Positions 1 to 8,023 of a stretch of DNA of 32,000 nt are shown piece by piece. The DNA is from a bacterium (lineage in GTDB: Bacteria > UBP7 > UBA6624), in contig PBAU01000003.1 in the NCBI GenBank assembly GCA_002716355.1, forward strand, positions 120,001-152,000, written 5' to 3'. How positions within the stretch are numbered: position 1 is the first letter of the stretch; the number at the start of each line of letters is the position of its first letter. The notes beneath the pieces are model-generated. The model saw only the letters and a list, made by a program, of their open reading frames with translations. It did no database searches and had not been told where the DNA came from. A program made the position numbers and the translations under genes.

Positions 1-3000
1 TGCTGTTTGGCTCACTGCTCTCGAAATCAAACACTATCGATTGGCTATTTGTGAGATCGGGAGGGTCATTCGTTATTGTTGTTTCAGGGCTATCTGTGTC
101 TATTGTCCAATTCCATTCAGCAGGGGTGCTATCTTCGTTACCTGCCTCATCGATTGCCTTTACAAGGAAGTTATGTAGACCTTCAGCTAAACCAGAAAAT
201 AATGAGCCTGAGGTACAAGGTATCCAATTACCCTGATCAAGACTGCATTTGAAAGTAGCATTTGAATCGTTGGATTCAAAAACGAATGTTGCTGAAGTTT
301 CATTTGTTGGATTGTCTGGTCCTGAGATGATTGTAGTGTTTGGCCCTGTTTGATCTATATTCCAGGACCAAGATGGATCATCACTTATGTTTCCAGCTTG
401 ATCAGTTGCCTGAACCTTGAAAACATGAGAACCATCTGGAAGATTGCTGTATACTTTGGGGCTTGTACATGATTCCCATTGATTGTCATCTAATTTGCAT
501 TCGAAGCTGACAGATTCATTGCTTTCAAATTCAAATGTTGCTTCAGCTGAATTTGAAGGATCTGAAGGGCCATTTGTTATGTCAACTGTTGGAGCCACAG
601 TATCAACGGTTATATTTCTTAATTCAGCTAGTCCAACATTTCCAGCTTCGTCGATTGCTCTTACCTCAAAAACATGGGCGCCTTCGCTAAGTTCTACGTA
701 AGTTTGTGGACTTGTGCACGTTTCCCATCCTGAAGAATCCATATTGCATTCAGTCGTTGAAGGCTCATCAGCTGAAAATTCATATGTCACTGTACTGCTT
801 GCCCAATAACCTTCTGGCCCAGAGTCTATTGTTGTTACAGGAAGGGTAAGGTCAATAGTGATTGTTTTTGAACTGCTTTCCGAAATGTTTCCTGCAGGAT
901 CTATTGTCCTGAAATGGAATGTATGGCTTTCTTCAGCAAGTCCTGAATATTCTTTAGGGCTTGTGCAAGCGCTCCAAGGTTCAAGTTCTTTACTGCATTC
1001 ATATGAAGAATCTTCCTCATTGCTTGAAAAGCTGTATGAAACTGTTGATACGTTTATTTTTCCCTCAGGTCCACTAACTGAAACAACAGGTTGAGTAAGG
1101 TCAATTTCCCAATTGTGGGTATCACTCCCTGTGTTTCCAGATTCATCTTCTGCGACAACAACAAAAGAATAATTATCCTCACCAAGAGAATTGTAAGTAT
1201 ATGGAGAAGTGCAATTAATCGCACTGCTTCCATTCAAGCTGCAGGTAAATGTTGCCATTGGATCATCTGACTCAAATTCAAAAATGGCATTAGTTTGATT
1301 TGTTGGATTATCTGGTCCTGAATTTATCGTGACGGAAGGAGCAAAGTCAATTGTCCATTCCCAAATTGCAGGCTCGCCAACATCGCCCTCTCCTGTAGCC
1401 TCAATTGCTCGTACTTCAAAAACATGCTGCCCTTCATCAAGACCTATGTACACTCTTGGGCTTGTGCAATTGCCTGCTTCCCAATTTTCACTATCTAGCT
1501 TGCATTCAAATATTACATTCGGTTCATCACTTGAGCTGAATGTAAAAGTTGCATCAGGGCTGGCGCTTGGGTCACTTGGACCAGAATCTATTGTTGTTAT
1601 TGGGGCTATGTCTATATTCCATTCAAACCATGGCGGAGTGGGATCTACATTGCCTGCTTGATCGATTGCTCTAACCTCAAAATTATGTGTTCCTTCGCTA
1701 AGGTTTGTATAAGTTTTTGGACTTGTGCATGTCTCCCATGGAGCATCATTGAAAGCGTTCCAATCAAGTCTGCATTCAAATGTTGTGGTGCTGTTTTCTC
1801 CTGAATTTGTATTTTCAAATTCAAAAGTGGCAGAATTTTCACTGGATGGGTTTGGCGGACCTGATATTATCACTGTATCTGGAGGATTTGAGTCCAACGT
1901 CCAAGTAATCGTCTCATCAACAAACTGTCCATTATCATGTGTTGCCCTTACGGTTAATGACTGCCCTCCATCAGCAAGCGCACCTGACTCCCAATAGCTT
2001 CCATTCTCATCAACACTATTGCAGGCATTGAAGCCAGACATCATGTATTGACAAGAATAAGAAATCTCACTTTCTGGGTAATTTGTTTCAAAATATACCC
2101 TTACATCATTATCTTTATTCGAAAGATCTCCTTCTTCAACATCACTAGGAGGGTTGCCTTTGAATGTTAACGAAATAGGCGCTGTTGAAGCACAAGGTGA
2201 ATTTAAAAGATTGAACATGTTGTTCATTCCCTCGGAAACAGACAATCCCTGAAGAGATGATATGTCAGCTGCAGCATCGATTAAAGCTTGTTTTACTTCA
2301 ATCCTTGTATCATCTGGACACTGGGTCCATCTTAATGCAAGAAGCCCTGCTGTTTGAGGTGTTGCACAAGATGTGCCACCAAAAAGAGCATAACAGTCAT
2401 CAGACCCAGAACTGTCAGCACTGCAATACGGCAATATTCCACATCCAATATCAAAGCTAGCAAAACCATGAACATCAACACTGCTTGAACCGTAATTGAA
2501 TTCGTTATCACCTGCCTGGTCAAGAGCACCTACGGCAACCACATGGTCGTTCCTCGCACTTGCTGGCAAGCTCCACCATTGGTCATTGTCCCTTGTTTCA
2601 TTTCCAGCAGCAGCAACAAAAAGGCCATTGAAAGAATCTATTATTGCTTCTTCTGCCTCAACACAAGCCATATCAACATTGCCAGGACTAAATGTACACC
2701 CGTAATGCCCATAGCTTGCATTGAATATTTTTGCTCCAATAGCATTTGCATAATCAATGGCTTCGGTCATTCCGCCTATGCATTGCCATGCTCCGTCACA
2801 CCAGACAGCTTCAGAATAATGTGAAAGCTGAGCTGTCCATGCAGCACCAACAGAACCAACACTATTGTTTCCTCTTGCTGCAACAGCACCACCAACACCT
2901 GTTCCATGATCCCCATGAAGGTTTATAAAACATCCATGAAAATCATCTATACAGCCATTATTGTCATCATCAACACCAGGGCTTCCATTTATCTCAGCTG

Positions 3001-3538
3001 TGTTTTGCCAAAGGTTGTCAAGCAGGTCTTCATGTGACTCCCTGAAACCTTGGTCATGAACCAAAACAATCACACCGCTTCCGTCAGTTGATATGTCCCA
3101 ACCCTGTGGAGAGTCCATGTCATACCCACCACCTGAACCAGCACCTACAGGATCCTCATGGTTTTTATGAGGCCAAACATAATAACCATCCCCAAACATG
3201 TGATCGTAGTATTCATCATTTGGCTCGGTGTCTAAGATTCTCCTCACTGTATCTTCATAAATAACAGCATACTTGGTAAAAGATTTGCCTTTCACATCAT
3301 CTAATATGCTTAATCTATCTGAACTATTAACAATTATCCTGTAAACCCAAGAGATGCTGTTGCCTTGCCATTCAATTTCTCCATTACCCTCAAGCCAATT
3401 TAAAAATTGGTCTCTTTGCGATTCCTCGATATGGACGTACATCCTTGATTGTTGCCATTCTTCTGAACCATGCTCTGCAGTAGATTTAGATCCAATCAAG
3501 CATAAAAAGATAAACAGAAAATTAAATAGTTTATTCAT
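1..3538 (-). CDS. Secreted subtilisin-like serine peptidase (S8 family); 5' end complete, 3' end cut by the window edge (>=1179 aa); C-terminal array of Ig-like two-cysteine repeats
   Basis: Absent from the ORF track because it is open-ended. I read every codon of the minus frame (codon low coordinate = 2 mod 3) from 3538 down to 2 and found no stop. ATG at 3536-3538. N-terminus MNKLFNFLFIFLCLIGSKSTAEHG looks like a signal peptide. S8 triad motifs: Asp in VIVLVHDQGF (codon 3053-3055), His in HGDHGTGVGGAVAA (2906-2908), Ser in LFGGTSCATPQTAG (2369-2371). The short + strand ORFs listed between 51 and 2928 are antisense shadows of this gene. Confidence 0.9.
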   Translation of the reverse strand, partial: MNKLFNFLFIFLCLIGSKSTAEHGSEEWQQSRMYVHIEESQRDQFLNWLEGNGEIEWQGNSISWVYRIIVNSSDRLSILDDVKGKSFTKYAVIYEDTVRRILDTEPNDEYYDHMFGDGYYVWPHKNHEDPVGAGSGGGYDMDSPQGWDISTDGSGVIVLVHDQGFRESHEDLLDNLWQNTAEINGSPGVDDDNNGCIDDFHGCFINLHGDHGTGVGGAVAARGNNSVGSVGAAWTAQLSHYSEAVWCDGAWQCIGGMTEAIDYANAIGAKIFNASYGHYGCTFSPGNVDMACVEAEEAIIDSFNGLFVAAAGNETRDNDQWWSLPASARNDHVVAVGALDQAGDNEFNYGSSSVDVHGFASFDIGCGILPYCSADSSGSDDCYALFGGTSCATPQTAGLLALRWTQCPDDTRIEVKQALIDAAADISSLQGLSVSEGMNNMFNLLNSPCASTAPISLTFKGNPPSDVEEGDLSNKDNDVRVYFETNYPESEISYSCQYMMSGFNACNSVDENGSYWESGALADGGQSLTVRATHDNGQFVDETITWTLDSNPPDTVIISGPPNPSSENSATFEFENTNSGENSTTTFECRLDWNAFNDAPWETCTSPKTYTNLSEGTHNFEVRAIDQAGNVDPTPPWFEWNIDIAPITTIDSGPSDPSASPDATFTFSSSDEPNVIFECKLDSENWEAGNCTSPRVYIGLDEGQHVFEVRAIEATGEGDVGEPAIWEWTIDFAPSVTINSGPDNPTNQTNAIFEFESDDPMATFTCSLNGSSAINCTSPYTYNSLGEDNYSFVVVAEDESGNTGSDTHNWEIDLTQPVVSVSGPEGKINVSTVSYSFSSNEEDSSYECSKELEPWSACTSPKEYSGLAEESHTFHFRTIDPAGNISESSSKTITIDLTLPVTTIDSGPEGYWASSTVTYEFSADEPSTTECNMDSSGWETCTSPQTYVELSEGAHVFEVRAIDEAGNVGLAELRNITVDTVAPTVDITNGPSDPSNSAEATFEFESNESVSFECKLDDNQWESCTSPKVYSNLPDGSHVFKVQATDQAGNISDDPSWSWNIDQTGPNTTIISGPDNPTNETSATFVFESNDSNATFKCSLDQGNWIPCTSGSLFSGLAEGLHNFLVKAIDEAGNEDSTPAEWNWTIDTDSPETTITNDPPDLTNSQSIVFDFESSEPNS
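2..2110 (-). repeat. Tandem protein-coding repeats, about 250-nt period (~84 aa), at least 8 copies and continuing past the window edge
   Basis: Hand translation gives repeated units. One example is SATFEFENTNSGENSTTTFECRLDWNAFNDAPWETCTSPKTYTNLSEGTHNFEVRAIDQAGNVDPTPPWFEWNID. Another is TVTYEFSADEPSTTECNMDSSGWETCTSPQTYVELSEGAHVFEVRAIDEAGNVG. The (R/K/Q)A.D..GN-type motif recurs near nt 150, 400, 650, 900, 1150, 1400, 1660 and 1940. Copies are diverged at nucleotide level, so this is a domain repeat rather than a DNA-identical repeat. Confidence 0.85.
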
Positions 3539-3574
3539 GTCAGCACCACTAATCATATACAAAAAATACTTTTA

Positions 3575-3580
3575 TATAAT
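3575..3580 (+). promoter_or_regulatory. Putative -10 box (TATAAT) for rnpB
   Basis: Perfect TATAAT at 3575-3580, 8 nt upstream of the first base of the rnpB P1 helix (3589). It lies in a 50-nt AT-rich spacer shared with the divergent S8 gene. No convincing -35 seen. Confidence 0.3.
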
Positions 3581-3588
3581 AAAAGTAT

Positions 3589-3910
3589 GGGTGAGTTGGG
3601 TGATTGCGGGCGAAAGCCTGAGGAAAGTCCGGACTCCTAAGAGCATGGTAGTGGGTAACACCCACCCAGGGCAACCTGCGGGAAAGTGCCACAGAAACGA
3701 AACCGCCATTTGATGGTAAGGATGAAACGGTGAGGTAAGAGCTCACCAGCAAGTTGGTGACAATTTGGCTGAGGTAAACCCTGCCTGGAGCAAGGTGCTG
3801 ATGAGGAAGCTCTGCCTTTGATTCAGCAAGAAGACCGCGAGAGGTTACTGGTAACAGTAACCGCAGATAGATAATCACACAAATACAGAATCCGGCTTAC
3901 AGACTCACCC
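3589..3910 (+). ncRNA. rnpB: RNase P RNA, bacterial type A
   Basis: Universal conserved blocks read directly: GAGGAAAGTCCGGACTCC, ACAGAAACGAAACCGCC, GGTAAGAGCTCACC, GGTAAACCCTGCCTGGAGCAAGG, AGATAGATAATCAC and ACAGAATCCGGCTTA. The P1 helix is formed by GGGTGAGT (3589-3596) and ACTCACCC (3903-3910). ORF-track entries 3354..3713(+) and 3549..3878(-) lie in this RNA and are artefacts. Confidence 0.95.
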
Positions 3911-5988
3911 TACTCTTTATAGGTTATCTTTGATATTTTTGAATCCTCATAACCATACCAACTTTGACCGTATTCAAGGATGTAAAGATTTCCCTGTTTG
4001 TCAAAAACCATATCAACAGGACGCAAAAAATCTTCATTTGGTAAAAAATCATTTATGTGAAGGATTTCACCTTTTGAATCTAGGTGGACCTCTCTGATCC
4101 AAAACCTAGACCATTCATAAATAAAAAGTACATTTTCATAATACTCAGGAAAACCTTGTCCCTTGTAACGGTAGACAGGTCCAGCCATTGCGGACCTCCC
4201 ACCGCCTGAAAATAAAGGAAACTCTTCAGATTGAGAGTAAGGGTACCAGATAAAAGCTTCATTTGCAGCAGGTATGTTAATTGACCCTGTATTGTTTATT
4301 GAATTATTTTTTAAGTTTTCACAATCAAAATAATCAGAAGATATTTTGTTTTCAAAATCATAGCTTCTGTAAGGTTTATTGTTGGCAATACAAAAAGGCC
4401 AGCCATAATTGCCTGCTGTTCTTGCCTGGTTGATCTCGTCATAGCCCATCGGCCCCCTACTGTCATCATCCTCACTAGCATCTGGACCAATCTCCCCCCA
4501 GTAAAGCCAATTATTTTTTTGGTCAATTGATATCCTGTAAGGGTTCCTGTTGCCCATTACATATATTTCAGGCCTTCCAGAATTTGATGAAAAAAGATTT
4601 CCTTCTGGAATCTCATAACTTCCATCTTCCAAAGGCTTTATTCTCAATATTTTTCCTCTTAAGTCATTTACGTTGCCTGAAGACCTTGCAGCATCCCATG
4701 GCTTTCTTCCGTCAGTTTCGTCAATCGGGCTAAAACCGTCTGAGGCAAAAGGATTGGTGTCATCACCAGTTGAAATAAATATATTGCCATTTTTATCAAA
4801 CTCAATGGAGCCACCAGCATGGCAACAAGTTTCCCTTTGGCTTTCAACCTTAAGTATTGAAACTTCAGAACTGATTTCGAGCTTATTGTCAACAATATTA
4901 AACCTAGATAAAGTTTGATGGTTTTCTGTTGGATGTGAATAATAAACATAAATCCTTCCTGTTGAGTCAAAATCTGGAGAAAGTGCCATTCCCAACAAAC
5001 CATACTCAAGACCATTGTCTATACCTGTAAAAACATCAATAGTACCCAATTCATCAATTTCACCAGAATCAGAATTTACTTTTTTTAATTTACCAAATCT
5101 TTCTATAAAGTACACATCACCATTTGATGCAACATCTAACTCTGTTGCTCCTTCAATATCGGTTGCAATTATCTCTCTTGTGTAATTAACTGCCAAGCCT
5201 GCATCGCAATCACCATCCTTTAAACCTACAAGCCATTCTGCAGCACCTAAAAGAAGTTTTTGAAATTCTTGATTTGTATAAGTTTCTTCAGTGTGGCCCA
5301 TTCCAGTATAAAAAGAACGCCCTCCATCATAGTTATGACACCATGTTATTGGATGATCTGGCCCCATTTTCCCTTGATCAACAACAGCAAGAACATGAAC
5401 CTCACCTCTTGGATTGTGATCATAGTCATACCATTCATCGACCTTCTTCCATCTTTCGTCTAGATGCCTGGTTGATGGATGAGATTTGTCTAAAATGGAA
5501 ACAGTTCCTTCTTTTATTTCTTCATGACCAGCAAAATATGCTCCAACAAGCTTTCCATACCATTCCCAGTCATATTCAGTATCTGCAGCTGAGTGAATAC
5601 CAAGATAAGCTCCACCATTGTTAATATAATTTTTAAAATATTCCTGTTCTAAATCATTCAAAACATCACCCGTTGTATTTAAGAAAAAAACAACATCAAA
5701 ATTACTCGAAAGATCTTTGTTGAAGACTGAAGAGTCTTCAGTGAATTCCAAATCCCAACTCTCAGGCTTGAAAAAAGATGGTAAAGCTTCTATAGCACCC
5801 TCTATAGCACCATGTCTGTAACCAGCTGTTTTGGAAAAGACCAAAATTCTTTTTGGCTCTTCTTTTTTTTCTGCCACCTCTATAGCCTTGCCAACACCAT
5901 CAACAATATCAACAACACTAATTTTTTTTGCACAAGAATTTAAAAGAAGCAAGAATAAAAAAATAAAAAAAGGAAATTTAATTTTCAT
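3910..5988 (-). CDS. Probable lipoprotein: N-terminal ThuA-like domain fused to a PQQ-dependent sugar (glucose/sorbosone) dehydrogenase beta-propeller
   Basis: Signal/lipobox-like MKIKFPFFIFLFLLLLNSC. ThuA-like motifs: ILVFSKTAGYRHGAIEGAIEAL, FLNTTGDVL, GGAYLGIHSAADT, HPITWCHNYDGGRSFYTGMGH. SGDH-like motifs: GLLGMALSPDF, CCHAGGSIEFDKNGNIFISTGDD, RGKILRIKPLEDGSYEIPEGNLF, GNRNPYRISID, GNYGWP. The start overlaps the upstream stop by 11 nt. Confidence 0.8.
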   Translation of the reverse strand: MKIKFPFFIFLFLLLLNSCAKKISVVDIVDGVGKAIEVAEKKEEPKRILVFSKTAGYRHGAIEGAIEALPSFFKPESWDLEFTEDSSVFNKDLSSNFDVVFFLNTTGDVLNDLEQEYFKNYINNGGAYLGIHSAADTEYDWEWYGKLVGAYFAGHEEIKEGTVSILDKSHPSTRHLDERWKKVDEWYDYDHNPRGEVHVLAVVDQGKMGPDHPITWCHNYDGGRSFYTGMGHTEETYTNQEFQKLLLGAAEWLVGLKDGDCDAGLAVNYTREIIATDIEGATELDVASNGDVYFIERFGKLKKVNSDSGEIDELGTIDVFTGIDNGLEYGLLGMALSPDFDSTGRIYVYYSHPTENHQTLSRFNIVDNKLEISSEVSILKVESQRETCCHAGGSIEFDKNGNIFISTGDDTNPFASDGFSPIDETDGRKPWDAARSSGNVNDLRGKILRIKPLEDGSYEIPEGNLFSSNSGRPEIYVMGNRNPYRISIDQKNNWLYWGEIGPDASEDDDSRGPMGYDEINQARTAGNYGWPFCIANNKPYRSYDFENKISSDYFDCENLKNNSINNTGSINIPAANEAFIWYPYSQSEEFPLFSGGGRSAMAGPVYRYKGQGFPEYYENVLFIYEWSRFWIREVHLDSKGEILHINDFLPNEDFLRPVDMVFDKQGNLYILEYGQSWYGYEDSKISKITYKE

Positions 5989-6583
5989 TTAATTGTTCAT
6001 CTCTCGTTTTATTGACAAGCTCATCAGCTATAGTGTTTTTATCTCTTAAAACATGGATTAAATCAGTCTTAATTTCTGAAAAAGAAAGCTTCAGGTCAAA
6101 AATAATCTCTTTGTTCTTTTTTATTTTTTTATAACTTCCATCAACACAGCCAATAGCATAAGTTGAATCACTATAAATAGTTATTTTTTCATAATCTTGA
6201 ATATGTTTTTTATAAAGACTGAATGCTAATTTCATCGCTGTAAGCTCTGCAAAGTTATTTGTAATACCGTCTCCTAGATACTCTACTTCCGTGTCGATTA
6301 CTTTATCATCAACTATAAAAACTGCGGCTGAAGCGCCGTGACCAGGGTTTGGGGATGATCCCCCGTCAAAATGTATCCTTGTTGGCTCCAATGTGCCATC
6401 TGTATTTTTATTTTTTTTGCTTTTAGCTTTCGGGCTCGATTCCAAAAGTGTTTCAATAACCAAGCTTGCTTCTTTGATGTTTAAATCCTCAAGCTTCTTT
6501 CCATTTAAAATCTCATCCATTGACAGCTTTGTTTGCTTTAATAAACCTTTAATGTATCCCAGCTGCTTTTCGGTTATTCTCAT
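5978..6583 (-). CDS. RNase H (type 1)-like protein with an extra ~65-aa N-terminal helical module
   Basis: RNase H fold DEDD-type motifs: IHFDGGSSPNPG, NNFAELTAMKLA, ITIYSDSTYAI, NTIADELVN. N-terminal MRITEKQLGYIKGLLKQTKLSMDEILNGKKLEDLNIKEASLVIETLLES is followed by a Lys-rich linker. Confidence 0.7.
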   Translation of the reverse strand: MRITEKQLGYIKGLLKQTKLSMDEILNGKKLEDLNIKEASLVIETLLESSPKAKSKKNKNTDGTLEPTRIHFDGGSSPNPGHGASAAVFIVDDKVIDTEVEYLGDGITNNFAELTAMKLAFSLYKKHIQDYEKITIYSDSTYAIGCVDGSYKKIKKNKEIIFDLKLSFSEIKTDLIHVLRDKNTIADELVNKTRDEQLNEN

Positions 6584-6588
6584 AATTT

Positions 6589-6909
6589 CTATTCTAGATT
6601 TTCATGAAACCATTTTTCATATTTCTCGGAAAGTATTTCAAAATCATAAGAAATAATTTCAGGAATGTCGTAATTGTGGTATTTTTTTATGACATGAATT
6701 ACGTTTTTTAAAAATCTAGAAGTTGTTTTTATCTCTAGAACAAATTCTTTTTCTGTTTCCACCTTTCCCTTCCAGAGATATTTTGATTCACATCCATCAA
6801 TATTAGCAATCTGGACACATGGAGAAAAACCTTTTGCAATAATTTCTTTTGATATTTTTTCATATGTAGATTTGCTATCTGTTGTTGTTTTTACTATTTT
6901 ATAAACCAA
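6589..6909 (-). CDS. cutA: Divalent-cation tolerance protein CutA
   Basis: About 105 aa with the CutA1 pattern: SPCVQI...SKYLWKGKVETEKEFVLEIKT...HNYDIPEI. TTG start at 6907-6909, 3 nt after the ispF stop. Confidence 0.75.
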   Translation of the reverse strand: MVYKIVKTTTDSKSTYEKISKEIIAKGFSPCVQIANIDGCESKYLWKGKVETEKEFVLEIKTTSRFLKNVIHVIKKYHNYDIPEIISYDFEILSEKYEKWFHENLE

Positions 6910-6912
6910 AGA

Positions 6913-7401
6913 TCAACCCTCTATTTGGACAAGAACTACGGAAGTTGCATCTATACATTCTTTCCTGCCAATCGCGCCTATGCCTTCACCGTGCCTTGCC
7001 GTAACTCTGATATTTTCAGTTTCCAGAATTAAGGAAAGCCTTTCTTCTATAACCCCAAGATAGGAAGAGAGCCTTGGTTCTTCAAGTCTGACAATGACAT
7101 CAGCCTGGATAACCTTTACTTTATTTGTTTTTCTAACATGCTCTAACGTTTTTTGAAGAAGTTCTGTACCACTAATATCCTTTGTCCAACTCTTATCATC
7201 AGGAAAAACCTTACCTATATCACCGCATGAAAGAGCTCCTAGTATTGCATCACTTACCACATGAGAAACAACATCTCCATCACTGTGTGCCACAGGACCA
7301 TGTTCAGAATCTATAACAATCCCCATTAACACCAAAGCCCTGCCTTTCTCTAATTGGTGCCTATCCCAACCATGACCGATGCGAATAGTGGAATCAAGCA
7401 T
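6913..7401 (-). CDS. ispF: 2-C-methyl-D-erythritol 2,4-cyclodiphosphate synthase
   Basis: RIGHGWDRHQL...VAHSDGDVVSHVVSDAILGALSCGDIGKVFPD is the IspF metal/substrate-binding signature. 8-nt overlap (ATGCTTGA) with the ispD stop. Confidence 0.93.
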   Translation of the reverse strand: MLDSTIRIGHGWDRHQLEKGRALVLMGIVIDSEHGPVAHSDGDVVSHVVSDAILGALSCGDIGKVFPDDKSWTKDISGTELLQKTLEHVRKTNKVKVIQADVIVRLEEPRLSSYLGVIEERLSLILETENIRVTARHGEGIGAIGRKECIDATSVVLVQIEG

Positions 7402-8023
7402 TTATCAAATCCAAATCCTCTTTCCATGTTATTTTTGGATTAGGTGAATTGGTATGAATCATCTTCACGCGATAACCAGCATCAATAAAAAGTGAAGTTT
7501 CCTCAGTCACATCATTACCCATCAGGCTTAACAACAAGGATCTATCAAATATTTGCGGAGTTTGTATTTCAACAAGGCCATCCCTGGATACATTTTCAAT
7601 TTTTTCACCAATCCGACATACAGAGCTCGATACGGCTCTAACTAATGTTGCAGCTTTGTAGCCCTCTTTGACAGCGTCAACAAGCTTTTCAACAGCGTCA
7701 GATGGAATAAAAGGTCTAGCAACATCATGCACTATAACAAATTTGCTAGACCCCTGCATTATCCCCTTTTTAACCGAATCAGCTCTTGAAGCTCCTCCGC
7801 TTATTATTTGTATTTTTTTATTAACCTTTTCTGTTAACTTTGAAAGATCATCGGCATGAGAGACTACCGTAGTACTACTCCAACTATTGCCAAAAAAATT
7901 AATTGACCTATCTATCAAGCTTTTTCCGCGTACTGTCAATAAGGCTTTTCTGGATCCAAGCCTTTCACCGCTTCCAGCAGCAACTATTACGAGATCAATA
8001 TCAAGCTGGTCTTGCAAAGACAA
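7394..8023 (-). CDS. ispD: 2-C-methyl-D-erythritol 4-phosphate cytidylyltransferase
   Basis: N-terminal VIVAAGSGERLGS..KALL, plus VIVHDVARPF, LVEIQTPQIF and typical length. The start (TTG at 8023 or in-frame TTG at 8017) is uncertain by 2 codons. Overlaps the end of the yacL-like gene. Confidence 0.88.
   Translation of the reverse strand: MSLQDQLDIDLVIVAAGSGERLGSRKALLTVRGKSLIDRSINFFGNSWSSTTVVSHADDLSKLTEKVNKKIQIISGGASRADSVKKGIMQGSSKFVIVHDVARPFIPSDAVEKLVDAVKEGYKAATLVRAVSSSVCRIGEKIENVSRDGLVEIQTPQIFDRSLLLSLMGNDVTEETSLFIDAGYRVKMIHTNSPNPKITWKEDLDLINA

Noticed and set aside
51-2928. About a dozen 60-110 aa + strand ORFs in the supplied track (51..236, 483..701, 858..1094, 1329..1661, 1725..1997, 2257..2460, 2496..2705, 2543..2824, 2746..2928, and others)
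   Set aside because: All lie antisense to, or out of frame with, the continuous minus-strand S8 protease frame that I verified codon by codon. Their translations are low-complexity Ser/Leu/Pro-rich shadows.
3354-3878. ORFs 3354..3713 (+) and 3549..3878 (-)
   Set aside because: They cover the RNase P RNA gene and the S8 5' end. The conserved rnpB sequence blocks explain the region, and the ORFs have no protein-like features.
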